Assembly (NCBI GenBank): GCA_963663965.2
Contig: CAXXFK010000001.1
Span: 288,001 to 352,000 of the forward strand
Reading direction: 5' to 3'
Length of the DNA: 64,000 nt
Origin: Sedimentisphaerales bacterium
Lineage (GTDB): Bacteria > Planctomycetota > Phycisphaerae > Sedimentisphaerales > SM23-30
Positions 51,715-63,938 of this stretch are shown one piece after another (the first letter of the stretch is position 1; the number at the start of each line of letters is the position of its first letter). A model generated the notes under the pieces. The model saw only the letters and a list, made by a program, of their open reading frames with translations. It searched no databases and was not told where the DNA came from. Position numbers and translations under genes: made by a program.

Positions 51715-54264
51715 ATGTGTGCCAGTCATAAAAAGAACCGCTTGATTTTGGGTGTCGGTTTTTCCCTTTTAATAACGCTGTTATGCCCATTCAGTATCGC
51801 CGCGCCTGTGGATGCGTTGCGGGCCGAAGAGATCGCCTCAAACTGGCTGAGACGCTACCTCCAGCCACTGACCTGCAAAATGGCAGATGAAATCTTTACG
51901 GTCGAAACTCAACCGGATGAGAATGGCAGTGCTTTATATCACATTGTGACGTTGGCACCACAAGGTTTTTTACTCATTGCCGGTGATGACCGGATTGGCG
52001 ACGTAATCGCATTCAGCGATACCGGTTATTTTGATAATTCAACAGCCAATCCGCTCAGAACCATGATACAAAAAGACATGGCCGCTCTGATTCCAATTGT
52101 CGAGCAACTCCCCCAACCAATGGGAGTAAGCGCTCTTGGAATTGTGGCCGTGTCGGATCTTCGCGTTGCACCGTTTATTGCCAGCAAATGGAACCAGGCC
52201 GAGGCCAACGGCCAACCCTGTTATAATTATTATACTCCCAACCAATACCCGGCCGGTTGTGTCGCGACTGCCATGGCCCAGGTTATGCGTTACTTCGAAT
52301 ATCCGGACTTCGGTATCGGTGTCAGGTCGTTTACTATCGAAGTGGATGATGTCGGCTATACCGCCCAGACGCGCGGTGGCGATGGCGGCGGCGGTATCTA
52401 TCCCTGGTCGTCAATGATTTTGGATCCATCCGAAGGAATTACCGAAGAACAGCGCCAGGCGATTGGTGCGTTGTGCTATGACGCCGCGGTCACGGTCCAT
52501 ATGTCATTTGCAGCGGATGGATCCTCCGCATCGGCGACAGATGCGGCGGATACCCTGCACTCCGTGTTCGGCTACGATCAAACCATCTACGGCCGGAGCA
52601 TGGCCGGATCGATATCAAGCTCATCCCTGACTAAAATGATCAATCCGAATCTGGACGCGGGATTGCCGGCCATCATTGGCATCAGTCGCCTGACCAGCGG
52701 CCATGCCGCGGTGGTTGATGGCTACGGTTATCTGGGCGAAACCCTATACCACCACCTGAACCTGGGTTGGGGCGGCGATAGCGATGCCTGGTACGCGCTG
52801 CCGACCATCGACACCTCACTCTATACCTACACCTCCGTGGATGATTGTGTTTATAACATCTTTGTCACCGGTTCCGGAGAAATTATCAGTGGCCGGGTCC
52901 TGGATCAGGCCGGTAATCCGATCGGTGGCGTAACGGTTCAGGCAAAATTATCCGGTTCCATAAAAGCCGTGGATATCACGGACAACCTGGGAGTGTTCGC
53001 GCTGGTTGGTCTTCAATCCAATCGGACATTTACCCTGCATGCGGAATTATCGCCTTACGCGTTTAATGATGTGCCTGCCACCACCGGCAGATCGATGAAC
53101 GGTAACACCAGTTGCGGGAATAACTGGGGTATTCAAATGGTATCCACCACGGCCACTCCCCCTTCGGCTTTGGATCAGCAAACCGTTGTCCTGTCAGGCG
53201 AAACCATTACAGTTACACTACAGGCGTTTGATGAAGGATTACCCGATCCTCCCGGCAGTTTATCCTACCTAGTCGCTTCCCTGCCAGACCATGGCCGTTT
53301 ACTGGATCCCAACACGCCCGGCGCAGATCCCAATAGTGGGACCCCCATTTTATCGATTCCCTATACATTAACGGGAAATGCCGTGAATTACCAAACCTGT
53401 CCCGGCTATGACGGGATCGACTCGTTTCAGTTTAAAGCCAATGATGGCGGCATTGCGCCACTGGGAGGCGATTCGGAACCGGCAACGGTTTCTATCGAAG
53501 TCAACAGCGGCTTTGAAGTAACCTATAGCCCCGACAGTAACTGGGTAACCCAGTATTTTACCGGAACCGACACTCAGGCCCGGCGCATGCAAACCATTTA
53601 TCTGGCCGAAGAAATCACCGGTGATTTAACAGGGCCGCGCTTATTAACCGGAATGGCTTTCAGTGTTTATGAAAGTTCCGGCCTGCCGCTGTCCAACTTT
53701 GCCGTTCGAGCCAAACATACCACACTGGATGCCTATCCCGGTTCAAACAATAACTTCGATAATAGTGGATGGACAATACTGGTTCAGGACACCTACCAGG
53801 TCGATGCCGGCTGGCCGGAGATCACCTTCCAGACCCCATTCGATTATAATGGTACCGACAACCTGATCCTCGATTTCAGTTTCGATAACGATGCAACCCA
53901 ATCGGGTGGATTGATTCGAATGATCCAGACAGAAACCTATCGTGTAGTTGGATCTTATTCCAATAGCCTGGGCAATCCATTCACCTGGACCTGGTCTAAC
54001 GCTGGGACTTTTACCAGTGACAGTGTTCCATTTATTAAGCTGTTTCAGCAGATTTCTGGCCAGACGTTACCCGGCGACTGCAATAATGATTGCCAGGTCA
54101 CGTTAAACGATCTGGTTGCGCTGTGCGAGGCCTGGCTGGGCCAGACTGGCCAGGATCACTACAACTCAACCTGCGATCTTGCCCCGGAGAGTCCGGATGG
54201 CAAAATCGACCTGCTGGACCTGTCCGTACTGGCAGGCAACTGGCTCGAAACCAACTTTGAATAA
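51715..54264 (+). CDS. Peptidase C10 (streptopain-like) with prodomain, Ig-like domains and dockerin-like C-terminus
   Basis: GCVATAMAQ, GHAAVVDGY, HLNLGWGG; GDCNNDCQVTLND...AWL and DGKIDLLD...NWL; GGAGG RBS. Confidence 0.92.
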   Translation: MCASHKKNRLILGVGFSLLITLLCPFSIAAPVDALRAEEIASNWLRRYLQPLTCKMADEIFTVETQPDENGSALYHIVTLAPQGFLLIAGDDRIGDVIAFSDTGYFDNSTANPLRTMIQKDMAALIPIVEQLPQPMGVSALGIVAVSDLRVAPFIASKWNQAEANGQPCYNYYTPNQYPAGCVATAMAQVMRYFEYPDFGIGVRSFTIEVDDVGYTAQTRGGDGGGGIYPWSSMILDPSEGITEEQRQAIGALCYDAAVTVHMSFAADGSSASATDAADTLHSVFGYDQTIYGRSMAGSISSSSLTKMINPNLDAGLPAIIGISRLTSGHAAVVDGYGYLGETLYHHLNLGWGGDSDAWYALPTIDTSLYTYTSVDDCVYNIFVTGSGEIISGRVLDQAGNPIGGVTVQAKLSGSIKAVDITDNLGVFALVGLQSNRTFTLHAELSPYAFNDVPATTGRSMNGNTSCGNNWGIQMVSTTATPPSALDQQTVVLSGETITVTLQAFDEGLPDPPGSLSYLVASLPDHGRLLDPNTPGADPNSGTPILSIPYTLTGNAVNYQTCPGYDGIDSFQFKANDGGIAPLGGDSEPATVSIEVNSGFEVTYSPDSNWVTQYFTGTDTQARRMQTIYLAEEITGDLTGPRLLTGMAFSVYESSGLPLSNFAVRAKHTTLDAYPGSNNNFDNSGWTILVQDTYQVDAGWPEITFQTPFDYNGTDNLILDFSFDNDATQSGGLIRMIQTETYRVVGSYSNSLGNPFTWTWSNAGTFTSDSVPFIKLFQQISGQTLPGDCNNDCQVTLNDLVALCEAWLGQTGQDHYNSTCDLAPESPDGKIDLLDLSVLAGNWLETNFE

Positions 54265-54294
54265 TACACGCTGATAAAATTAAGGAACATCCGT

Positions 54295-56220
54295 TTGATA
54301 CCAGGCACAAAGGCCCTATGGCAGGTTCTGTGGGTATGGTTCGCGATTTTTCCCATAGCGGATCTCACCGCACAGGAAATTATTCGCGTCACCTCACCTG
54401 ATGCTTCTAATGTTTGTATTCTCTCAACCGATCATTCCGGTCAGATTCACTATCGAATAGAACGCCATAGCGCCACCGTCATCGAAACATCACCACTCGG
54501 GCTCCGAGGTGAAAAGGGATCCTTCGAAAGCGGCCTGACCGTTATTGCGACTGGCAAAGAAAAAATCAGGCGCGAGCAATATACCATCCTGTCAGGAAAC
54601 CGGCTCAAAATCGACCAGACACTGCATGAAAATTTTATAGAAGTGCGGAACCGGCAAGGCGATTCCATGATCATTGACCTGGCTGCCAGCAATGAAGGCG
54701 TTGGCCTGCGTTATCGTTTCAAAGACCAAATCGCCAGAACGATCACTCAGGAACTGACTGGATTTACCATACCTCAGCATGCCATCGCCTGGATGCAGCC
54801 CTATCATTCAGCCGGACGTTACACCCCGGCCTACGAAGATTTTTATTTCCGGGTTCAACCCGGCGATCAGCCGCCTCGCTCCCGGCAGGATCCCCGCGGC
54901 TGGTGTCTGCCGGCCTTATTCAACCTCGATCAGGGAAATAGCTGGGTTTTGATTTCAGAAACCGGGATTGATAGTGGCTATTGTGCCGGCCATCTGGAAA
55001 ATGATCCCAACCAGACCGGCAGGTATCAGATCGCCCTGGCTTACGAAGATGAACGCACCGCGGCCCGCCGGTTCAATACCAATGCCAAACCTGCCGGCGT
55101 CTTGGCAAGCCAGACACCCTGGCGGTTGATTATCCTGGGCGACAAAGCCGGTGATATCCTCATGTCAACGCTGACAACAGACCTGGCCGCACCCTCTCAA
55201 ATTAAAGATACCTCCTGGATTCAGACCGGTCGCGCGTCCTGGGCCTGGTGGTCTCACCCCGATGGCCCTGCTACCGAAGCTCTGTTCAACGATTTTACCG
55301 ATCTGGCCGCCGAGTTTGGCTGGGAATACACCCTCTTCGACGCAGGTTGGTGGACACCGGGGCTGGCCGGTATCAGCGACTATGCCCGAAGTAAAAAAAT
55401 CAAACCACTGGCCTGGGTTCACGCCCAAGACTTTTATGATGACAACCGCCGGGAACGCAAACTGGAAGAATGTGCCGGCCAGGGGGCAAAAGGGGTAAAA
55501 ATTGATTTCTGGTGTTCCGACCGCCAGGAAGCCATGGCTGCTATCGAAGCATCACTACGCGCTTGTGCCCGACGGAAACTGGTTGTCAATCTGCATGGCT
55601 GTACCATTCCGCGTGGCTGGCTGCGTACCTGGCCCAATCTGTTAACCGCCGAAGCGGTGCTGGGTACCGAATCCTACTTTTATGAAAGCCGTTACCCCCA
55701 AAAAGCCGCCGAACTCAATACCATACTCCCCTTTACCCGCAATGTCTCGGCCCCAATGGATACCACCCCCATCGCCTTAACCATCCGAAAATATCCCCGC
55801 CAGACAACGGCTGCCCACGAACTGGCCACCAGTATTATTTTTTCCTCGGGCCTGATCCATTATGCCGATTCGGCCGAAATGTTTCGTTCGCTGCCCGATG
55901 CGGTACGCAAAATCTTAATCGATACACCGGCGGCCTGGGATGAAACCAGATGCCTGATCGGCGAACCCGGTCGATTGGTCATCCTGGCGCGACGAACCGG
56001 CGCCGTATGGTATGTGGCTGGCATCAACGGAACAGATAAGACCATTCCGGCCGATCTGGACCTGAACACTTTGGGCTCGAAACTGGCGTGCCTTGCCATC
56101 ACCGAAGGCCCCAACCCGCTCATGGACTTTACCATATCCAATACCAACACGGTTTCCCGATGGCAAAGCTCCCTGCCACCCTATGGGGGGTTGGTTCTCA
56201 GGCTTCATACTCATCATTGA
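54295..56220 (+). CDS. Glycoside hydrolase family 97
   Basis: SPD, TPWR, DTSWIQTGRASWAWW, GVKIDF, NLHG, PFTRNV, AWDETR. Confidence 0.92.
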   Translation: MIPGTKALWQVLWVWFAIFPIADLTAQEIIRVTSPDASNVCILSTDHSGQIHYRIERHSATVIETSPLGLRGEKGSFESGLTVIATGKEKIRREQYTILSGNRLKIDQTLHENFIEVRNRQGDSMIIDLAASNEGVGLRYRFKDQIARTITQELTGFTIPQHAIAWMQPYHSAGRYTPAYEDFYFRVQPGDQPPRSRQDPRGWCLPALFNLDQGNSWVLISETGIDSGYCAGHLENDPNQTGRYQIALAYEDERTAARRFNTNAKPAGVLASQTPWRLIILGDKAGDILMSTLTTDLAAPSQIKDTSWIQTGRASWAWWSHPDGPATEALFNDFTDLAAEFGWEYTLFDAGWWTPGLAGISDYARSKKIKPLAWVHAQDFYDDNRRERKLEECAGQGAKGVKIDFWCSDRQEAMAAIEASLRACARRKLVVNLHGCTIPRGWLRTWPNLLTAEAVLGTESYFYESRYPQKAAELNTILPFTRNVSAPMDTTPIALTIRKYPRQTTAAHELATSIIFSSGLIHYADSAEMFRSLPDAVRKILIDTPAAWDETRCLIGEPGRLVILARRTGAVWYVAGINGTDKTIPADLDLNTLGSKLACLAITEGPNPLMDFTISNTNTVSRWQSSLPPYGGLVLRLHTHH

Positions 56221-56225
56221 GCCTT

Positions 56226-57680
56226 TTAACTCATCGTATCGTATACAGCCAACTGACGAATAAGTGGCTGTACGGTCGCCTGATCAATTTTCATTCGGAC
56301 AACAGAAACCGTAACCGGATCAAATCGTTCAATCCGTTTATGCCCCACAGCGGTTCCTTCGCATAAGGGTTGCCAGATGCCATCAGCGGCTAATCCATCT
56401 ATGCGATATGATCGAATACGTTCACCACATTCAATTTCCTCTTGCATAATAACATGATCGATCCGGCTGGGACGTCTCAAATCAAGTCGGATTTCATATC
56501 CCTTACCTTTTGTACTTGCCAATGGAGCAGTAAACCGGCGTTTTATCTCATTGCCAAATGCCGCCAGCCGGTCGATATCCGATTGCGGAACCAGGCCATC
56601 GGCATTGACCACTTCACCAATCACTAAATTGCAATTGCGTCCCACCGAACGATAATACATGTCGACCAATGCATTGACTGGATGCGCACCATGATCCTGG
56701 CCCGGCTTCCAGAACCAGTTGTGAATCCCTGCCGCGCCGCGCAATGGCACATCCACCATCCCAGGCGACCAGACCGTTCCCTCCGGATCGCCTGTGCCCA
56801 GCAGTGGCCGCCACTCCGTTAAATTGTGTGAAACCCGTTCATCAACATTCGGCATCGTCGCCCAGCAGGGGTAATCGGCATACCCCTCCTCATTACCGAT
56901 CCAGCGATGATCCGAACGCTGGGTGGAATGATAAAAAACCGAATCAGGTTGGTACTTCTCAAAAATAGGCAGCACATCCGGCCCGCCATCCTCAGGCGCT
57001 TTCACACCGGCGTCATACCAGATCTGAACCAGATCGCCATAGCGCGAACAAAGCTCTTCCGTCATTTTCTCGGCAACCCGATTAAATGCCGCCTGCCTGG
57101 CTGTCCCTTTACCTTTCCCCCAATCGACATAATGTCCCCACACTTGCCAATACGCGTTGCGATGCGTACTGAAATAAATTCCCGGCAGAATCCCAACCCT
57201 TCGACAGGAATTGACAAAATCCCCGACGATATCCCCCTTGCCATTACGCCAGGCAGCCTGCTTCAAACCATAGGGATACAAATCGCTTTGCCACTGCATA
57301 AAACCATTGAAATGTGTCGCGGTAAATATCGCATAGCGCGCCCCGGCCGCCCTGGCCGCCTCCAGCCATTGATCGGTATCCAGCTTAACCGGATTATACT
57401 GTTGCGGATCGAATACGTCCCGATAGGCATTATTGCCACTTTCATGGCGGCCCACCGCCACCGAAGCGTCAAAGTGATAAATCACTCCCACTTCACAATC
57501 TTGCCAGCGAACCTGACCGCTTGTTGGCTTAGGCAGTAACAGACTCTGCGATTGACAAGGATCTTTAGCCGATAAGTTCCCTGCCGGGCGCTGGCAGGAT
57601 GATAAACCACCGATTACGCCGGTAGCCCCCAGGATACTTGAAGCAATAAATTGACGGCGTGAAATGGATGATTGTTTCAT
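56226..57680 (-). CDS. Alpha-L-fucosidase (GH29), Tat signal
   Basis: SRRQFI, LDTDQW, TATHFNGF, WYDAG, RWIGNE, YYRSVGRN. Confidence 0.9.
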   Translation of the reverse strand: MKQSSISRRQFIASSILGATGVIGGLSSCQRPAGNLSAKDPCQSQSLLLPKPTSGQVRWQDCEVGVIYHFDASVAVGRHESGNNAYRDVFDPQQYNPVKLDTDQWLEAARAAGARYAIFTATHFNGFMQWQSDLYPYGLKQAAWRNGKGDIVGDFVNSCRRVGILPGIYFSTHRNAYWQVWGHYVDWGKGKGTARQAAFNRVAEKMTEELCSRYGDLVQIWYDAGVKAPEDGGPDVLPIFEKYQPDSVFYHSTQRSDHRWIGNEEGYADYPCWATMPNVDERVSHNLTEWRPLLGTGDPEGTVWSPGMVDVPLRGAAGIHNWFWKPGQDHGAHPVNALVDMYYRSVGRNCNLVIGEVVNADGLVPQSDIDRLAAFGNEIKRRFTAPLASTKGKGYEIRLDLRRPSRIDHVIMQEEIECGERIRSYRIDGLAADGIWQPLCEGTAVGHKRIERFDPVTVSVVRMKIDQATVQPLIRQLAVYDTMS

Positions 57681-57765
57681 GGGCCGCTCCTGATATGAGT
57701 AATATTCATTCTATATTGGCTTCAGATTGTAAATAAATGGCTGGTATATGAGAAGTTAAAAATAC

Positions 57766-57794
57766 TTGCCACCAGCCGGGTAATCCGGTACTAT
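57766..57794 (+). promoter_or_regulatory. Putative sigma70 promoter of pgi
   Basis: TTGCCA-N17-TACTAT. Confidence 0.5.
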
Positions 57795-57808
57795 TTTTTC
57801 CTGATATT

Positions 57809-57913
57809 TATACCGTTTACAATTGAAAATGCCCGCTGGGCCGTGAAATAAGTGTTTTACAAGTCATTACTTATGTTGCGAGCGATCGGGAATTTTCATA
57901 CCCATTGGGTATA
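57809..57913. repeat. 105-bp dispersed MITE-like repeat, copy 2
   Basis: TATACCG...GGGTATA ends; same length and orientation as copy 1 at 20203-20307. Confidence 0.85.
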
Positions 57914-57936
57914 TTTGCCCTTTACCACCAATCTAG

Positions 57937-59595
<1,659 letters not shown>

Positions 59596-59660
59596 AACAT
59601 TTATTCCCCCCATTTCAAAACCCCCTGCATGGCTTGTCCCAGAAAAGTTAAGCCATGTAT

Positions 59661-59696
59661 TTGACTTTTTAATATAAGACCAATATAGTCTTATAT
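59661..59696 (+). promoter_or_regulatory. Putative promoter with an overlapping palindromic operator upstream of cupin-ferredoxin
   Basis: TTGACT-N17-TATAGT; perfect inverted repeat ATATAAGAC-N7-GTCTTATAT at 59672-59696. Confidence 0.65.
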
Positions 59697-59733
59697 AGTA
59701 ATCGATAATTTATTCCTAATTTTGGAGATTTTC

Positions 59734-60078
59734 ATGAGTTGTCAAGGCTGTAGTTGCAATAAATCGTTTCCAACCGCTCAGGCTTTTGCCTTAAACGAAC
59801 TGGTGGATTATCAGGATGGCTCGATCGTCAGTCGCGAGATGATCGCCCGGCAATATGGCACGGTTTCCACCTTTGCTTTCGATCAGGGCCAAAGCCTGAG
59901 TGAACACACTGCTCCCTTCGATGCCTTTGTGTATATTATCGAAGGTCAGGCGCAAATCATTATCAGCGGCCAGACTCATGAACTCTCTGCCGGCCAGATG
60001 ATTATTATGCCGGCTAACGAACCTCACGCGGTCAAAGCGCCCCAACAATTTAAAATGATGTTGGTGATGATACGATAA
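59734..60078 (+). CDS. Cupin domain protein
   Basis: FAFDQGQSLSEHTAP, MPANEPHAV; Cys-rich N-terminus. Confidence 0.9.
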   Translation: MSCQGCSCNKSFPTAQAFALNELVDYQDGSIVSREMIARQYGTVSTFAFDQGQSLSEHTAPFDAFVYIIEGQAQIIISGQTHELSAGQMIIMPANEPHAVKAPQQFKMMLVMIR

Positions 60079-60102
60079 TTCCCCTTACGGAGATGATAAA
60101 AT

Positions 60103-60294
60103 ATGAAAACGCAAGTAAATCCTGATACCTGTATCGGCTGTGGACTTTGTGTTGACGTCTGTTCGGAAGTCTACGAAATGAATGATGATGGCGTCGCCGT
60201 TGCTAAAGTGGCGTTGATCCCGGATAACGCTGTCGCCCAATGCCGGGAAGCCGCTGACAGCTGCCCGGTTGACGCGATCGCTATCGAAGATTAA
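60103..60294 (+). CDS. Monocluster ferredoxin
   Basis: CIGCGLC...CPVDAI, 63 aa. Confidence 0.93.
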   Translation: MKTQVNPDTCIGCGLCVDVCSEVYEMNDDGVAVAKVALIPDNAVAQCREAADSCPVDAIAIED

Positions 60295-61637
60295 TGTTTA
60301 CTCCTGTTCTGGATCAGATGGCTGGAAGCTGCATAAACGAACCAGCCCAGAATAACAACGCCGGCCAGGACAATCAGGCCGGTACGCTTGAACTCCCACG
60401 CGTATGTGATACAATTGTACAGCATAAACAGGCAGCAACCGCAAAAAACTGCCGGGGTAACAGGATACCCGGTAACCTTATATGCACGCCTGATATGGGG
60501 TTCTTTTTTGCGCAAACGATATACCGATAAGCCGGTCCACAGGAAAAACAACCAGACCACCGGCGCGGCATAAATAATGGTATCGATAAATGAACCGGCC
60601 AACACGATAATCGCCAGACTGATGACGCCCTGTAATAACAGGGCCCGGATGGGTGTATTTAAAGAACCATGCCACTGCCCAAACGGCCGGAAAATTGCAT
60701 GATCCCGGCCCATGGCATAGGTAATCCTGGCGCCGGTAAACACCAGACCGTTTACCGCCCCCAGGGCGGATATGCAAATAATGACGGCAATGGCGCGCCC
60801 GGCCAGTTCCGGAAACCGGGTGGCCATCGTTTCAACGGCAACCGCCTCAGAACCAGCCATCCGGTCATAACCCAGCGCATACAGGAAAGCCACATTAACC
60901 AGCAGGTAAAGCGTCATCACCGATACAGTGCCCAATACCAGGGCCCTGACAATATTCCGTTGCGGTTTTTTGACTTCAGCCGCCACATAAGCCATTTCAT
61001 TCCAGCCGCCGTAGGTAAACAGAACCAGTATCAGCCCCAGGCCGATACCGCCAAACCCTGCTTCCCGAGCAACCGGAGGTTGCGATGTTGAAGAGGCCAT
61101 AAATCCCGCCAGAATAACAGCCATCAAACCCAGCGCCTTAAGAATAGTCAAAATATTCTGCGTCCATTTGCTTTGTTTCACACCCAGAATATTTACCAGC
61201 GTCAAAACAACAACCGCCAGTATTGCGTACCAGAGCCGGCTTCCCGGAAATTCATATAACTGGCCGGCGTAGCGCGCAAAGATAAACGCCATCAAGGCAA
61301 TATCGCCCGGACGGACAACCACCAGCTGTGACCAGCCAAACAGATAACCCGCCCATCGCCCCCAGGCCCGGGTCAAATAGAGATAATCACCACCAAAATC
61401 AGGATACGCGCTGGCCAGTTCGGCATAACACAGTGCGCCACTTAACGCCAGCAAGCCGCCGGCCAGCCAGATGGCAAGGGTACCCAGCGAGCCGCCCATA
61501 CACCCTGCCACCGTCGGTGCGGTCTCATAGATACCGGCCCCGATAATAATCCCTACGATAATGCAGGTAGAATCGAACAGCGAAAGCTGTCGCCGGGGTG
61601 ATTCCAGTTCATTGACGGATTCGGAATGATCAGGCAT
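60291..61637 (-). CDS. APC-superfamily amino acid permease
   Basis: IIGAGI, YAELA, YGGWNE, YKVTGYP; multiple TM segments. Confidence 0.92.
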   Translation of the reverse strand: MPDHSESVNELESPRRQLSLFDSTCIIVGIIIGAGIYETAPTVAGCMGGSLGTLAIWLAGGLLALSGALCYAELASAYPDFGGDYLYLTRAWGRWAGYLFGWSQLVVVRPGDIALMAFIFARYAGQLYEFPGSRLWYAILAVVVLTLVNILGVKQSKWTQNILTILKALGLMAVILAGFMASSTSQPPVAREAGFGGIGLGLILVLFTYGGWNEMAYVAAEVKKPQRNIVRALVLGTVSVMTLYLLVNVAFLYALGYDRMAGSEAVAVETMATRFPELAGRAIAVIICISALGAVNGLVFTGARITYAMGRDHAIFRPFGQWHGSLNTPIRALLLQGVISLAIIVLAGSFIDTIIYAAPVVWLFFLWTGLSVYRLRKKEPHIRRAYKVTGYPVTPAVFCGCCLFMLYNCITYAWEFKRTGLIVLAGVVILGWFVYAASSHLIQNRSKH

Positions 61638-61646
61638 CGGATTGAC

Positions 61647-62360
61647 TTATCGCTTTTTCAAAGTAACACTAAGTCCCTGCCTGTCCTGATGCAGAAACAG
61701 GGTATCCAGATTCGGATTCGTCGTAATCTCCTTGATATAATCCTGCATCTGAGGCCCCGCATTGGTCGTATTATGAGCAATAATCAATCCCCCGGCGCGC
61801 ACCTTTGGCACAAGCTGATTCATGTAATCCATATACCCGGATTTATCCGCGTCCAGGAATAGAATATCGATAGGACCCTCCAGCTTTTTTACGGTTTCAT
61901 GAGCGTCACCCATTACCAGGGTGATGATATCCTCCACTCCGGCGCGCGCGAAATTTTTCCGTGCCTGTGAAGCGCGTCCTTCATCAATATCATGCGTAAT
62001 CAATTTACCCCCGGTTTTACGAAGCGCCAGCGCCCACCAGATCCCCGAATAGCCGTTGGACGTGCCGATCTCAACCACTTTTTGTGCGTTGGTCGTTTCA
62101 GCCAGCATCCGTAGCAACCGGCCATCCTCCGGCGGAACATTCATCATGCCGCGGCTTTCTTCCTTGTTCATGACATCCAGAATATCCAGGATCTTTTTCT
62201 CCGCTTCATCCTTGGCCACAGGATCTTTATCCATACTGGCGCCTGAAGCGCCCATCCCCGGCCCCTGACCGGGCCCGCCACGGCGCTGCGCCACCAGATT
62301 ACCCACGGTAACAACAAAGAATATAACCACCAGAAAAGTAACAACACCCTGTTTTGACAT
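61647..62360 (-). CDS. SAM-dependent O-methyltransferase (CCoAOMT-like) with an N-terminal signal peptide
   Basis: EIGTSNGYS, FLDADK; start MSKQ after AAGGAG. Confidence 0.9.
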   Translation of the reverse strand: MSKQGVVTFLVVIFFVVTVGNLVAQRRGGPGQGPGMGASGASMDKDPVAKDEAEKKILDILDVMNKEESRGMMNVPPEDGRLLRMLAETTNAQKVVEIGTSNGYSGIWWALALRKTGGKLITHDIDEGRASQARKNFARAGVEDIITLVMGDAHETVKKLEGPIDILFLDADKSGYMDYMNQLVPKVRAGGLIIAHNTTNAGPQMQDYIKEITTNPNLDTLFLHQDRQGLSVTLKKR

Positions 62361-62555
62361 GATCTGCTCCTTGTTATCATGTATCACTAATGATTGAAAC
62401 AACTCTTGAATTCAACGTAAAACTTCAAATATCCCTGCAAGAAAACCCGCCTGACCACAAATATAATTGAAAACCTCTTACATTGCACATTTTGTAACTA
62501 TCTTATTTAAAATGCCTTACAGAAACAATGACAACAAATTCAACTCTTAAGGCTT

Positions 62556-63707
62556 CTAGTCCTGTTTTGGTTTCACCTTGCCTGATTTCTCAATAGACTC
62601 AACCTCGAGATTGTCATCCACATTTGATTCGCCGATCACCTTAAAACTATCCATTGCCGGAAGCATATGACCTTCAGCATCAAAAAGCGCATTCTGTCCA
62701 CCCTCCCAGCCGCCCGGTTTCTTCATTGGCACCGATTCCGGATACCACCAGACCACCCCGATCCCTCGTTTATCCGGCGTTGCCCGTACGGTTTTTACCA
62801 CTGTTTCTAGAAAAATTTTCTGCCCTTCCGGTGTCCGATCAAATTCATCATACTCCTCAGCGGCTCCAAAATACGGCCAGGCGGTCTCAACCAACAGGAT
62901 ATTTTTCTTGTAACGCTCCGCCGTCGCCGCCAGGTTCGCCTCTAACTGTGCAATAGTCCCATGCCAGCGCGGATAATAACTCTGACCAATGATATCATAA
63001 TCAATCCCAGTACGATTCAACTTGTCAAAAAACCATCGGGTTTTATCAATATCGCCCCCCCAGGCAACATGAATCATGATCCGAACCGAATCTTCTGGTG
63101 TCGTCGAGCGTCTCACCCCCCGTATTCCAGCCTTAAGCAGTCGAGAAAATTTCTCCCACTGAATATCCGAATCATTCCTGCCGTCCGGCCAGATAAAGCC
63201 GCCATTCACCTCATTACCAATCTGTACGATATTCGGCAGCGCCTGCTTCTCTTTCATCTCAGTCATCACCCCGGCAGTATAGGTCTCCACTGTTTTTTCC
63301 AGCTGATCGAACGTCATACCCTCCCAGGCTTTCGGCTTATATTGATGCCCCGGATCGGCCCAGGTATCCGAATAATGAAAATCCAGCAGGAATGTCCCGC
63401 CGGCCGCTTTTATCCGGCGACCCAGTTTTATTACATAGGGAACATCCTGAACCACGCCGCCTTTTCCGGTCGGATTCACAAATAAACGCACCCGGAAACA
63501 GTGACAGCCATGATCCATCATCAATTGGATCAAATCCTTGGGCTGACCACCATCTGAAAACTCGATTCCCGCCTCTTCCAGTTTGGGCAGCATCGAGATA
63601 TCACCACCCACATAAAATGGATCGGTATCAACCGGAAGATCAACCGAGAATCCCAAGGAAACCATACACAACGAATAAAACAAGATTAGCAATATGTTTT
63701 TTTTCAC
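62556..63707 (-). CDS. Endo-beta-1,4-galactanase (GH53)
   Basis: GGDIS, RVRLFVNP, DFHYSDTWADPG, QIGNE, SYYP, VET. Confidence 0.93.
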   Translation of the reverse strand: MKKNILLILFYSLCMVSLGFSVDLPVDTDPFYVGGDISMLPKLEEAGIEFSDGGQPKDLIQLMMDHGCHCFRVRLFVNPTGKGGVVQDVPYVIKLGRRIKAAGGTFLLDFHYSDTWADPGHQYKPKAWEGMTFDQLEKTVETYTAGVMTEMKEKQALPNIVQIGNEVNGGFIWPDGRNDSDIQWEKFSRLLKAGIRGVRRSTTPEDSVRIMIHVAWGGDIDKTRWFFDKLNRTGIDYDIIGQSYYPRWHGTIAQLEANLAATAERYKKNILLVETAWPYFGAAEEYDEFDRTPEGQKIFLETVVKTVRATPDKRGIGVVWWYPESVPMKKPGGWEGGQNALFDAEGHMLPAMDSFKVIGESNVDDNLEVESIEKSGKVKPKQD

Positions 63708-63938
63708 GTTGTTTACCCCGTCATATTGAATAAATCGAAATTTGATCGTATGCAGTTAACAACTGCAACGAATTGACCATTATTGCAACTTATGCTGCGA
63801 TTGAGGGTATTCCCTCCTGAATTTTCTTGCATTTTCCCGGTTTCCATCGAAAATAACACCCTTTAATCTAATTTGCGGCCTGGCCCCAAAATATGATAAA
63901 CCATTTTATTTCAACAGGTTCTGAAAACGACGAACATT

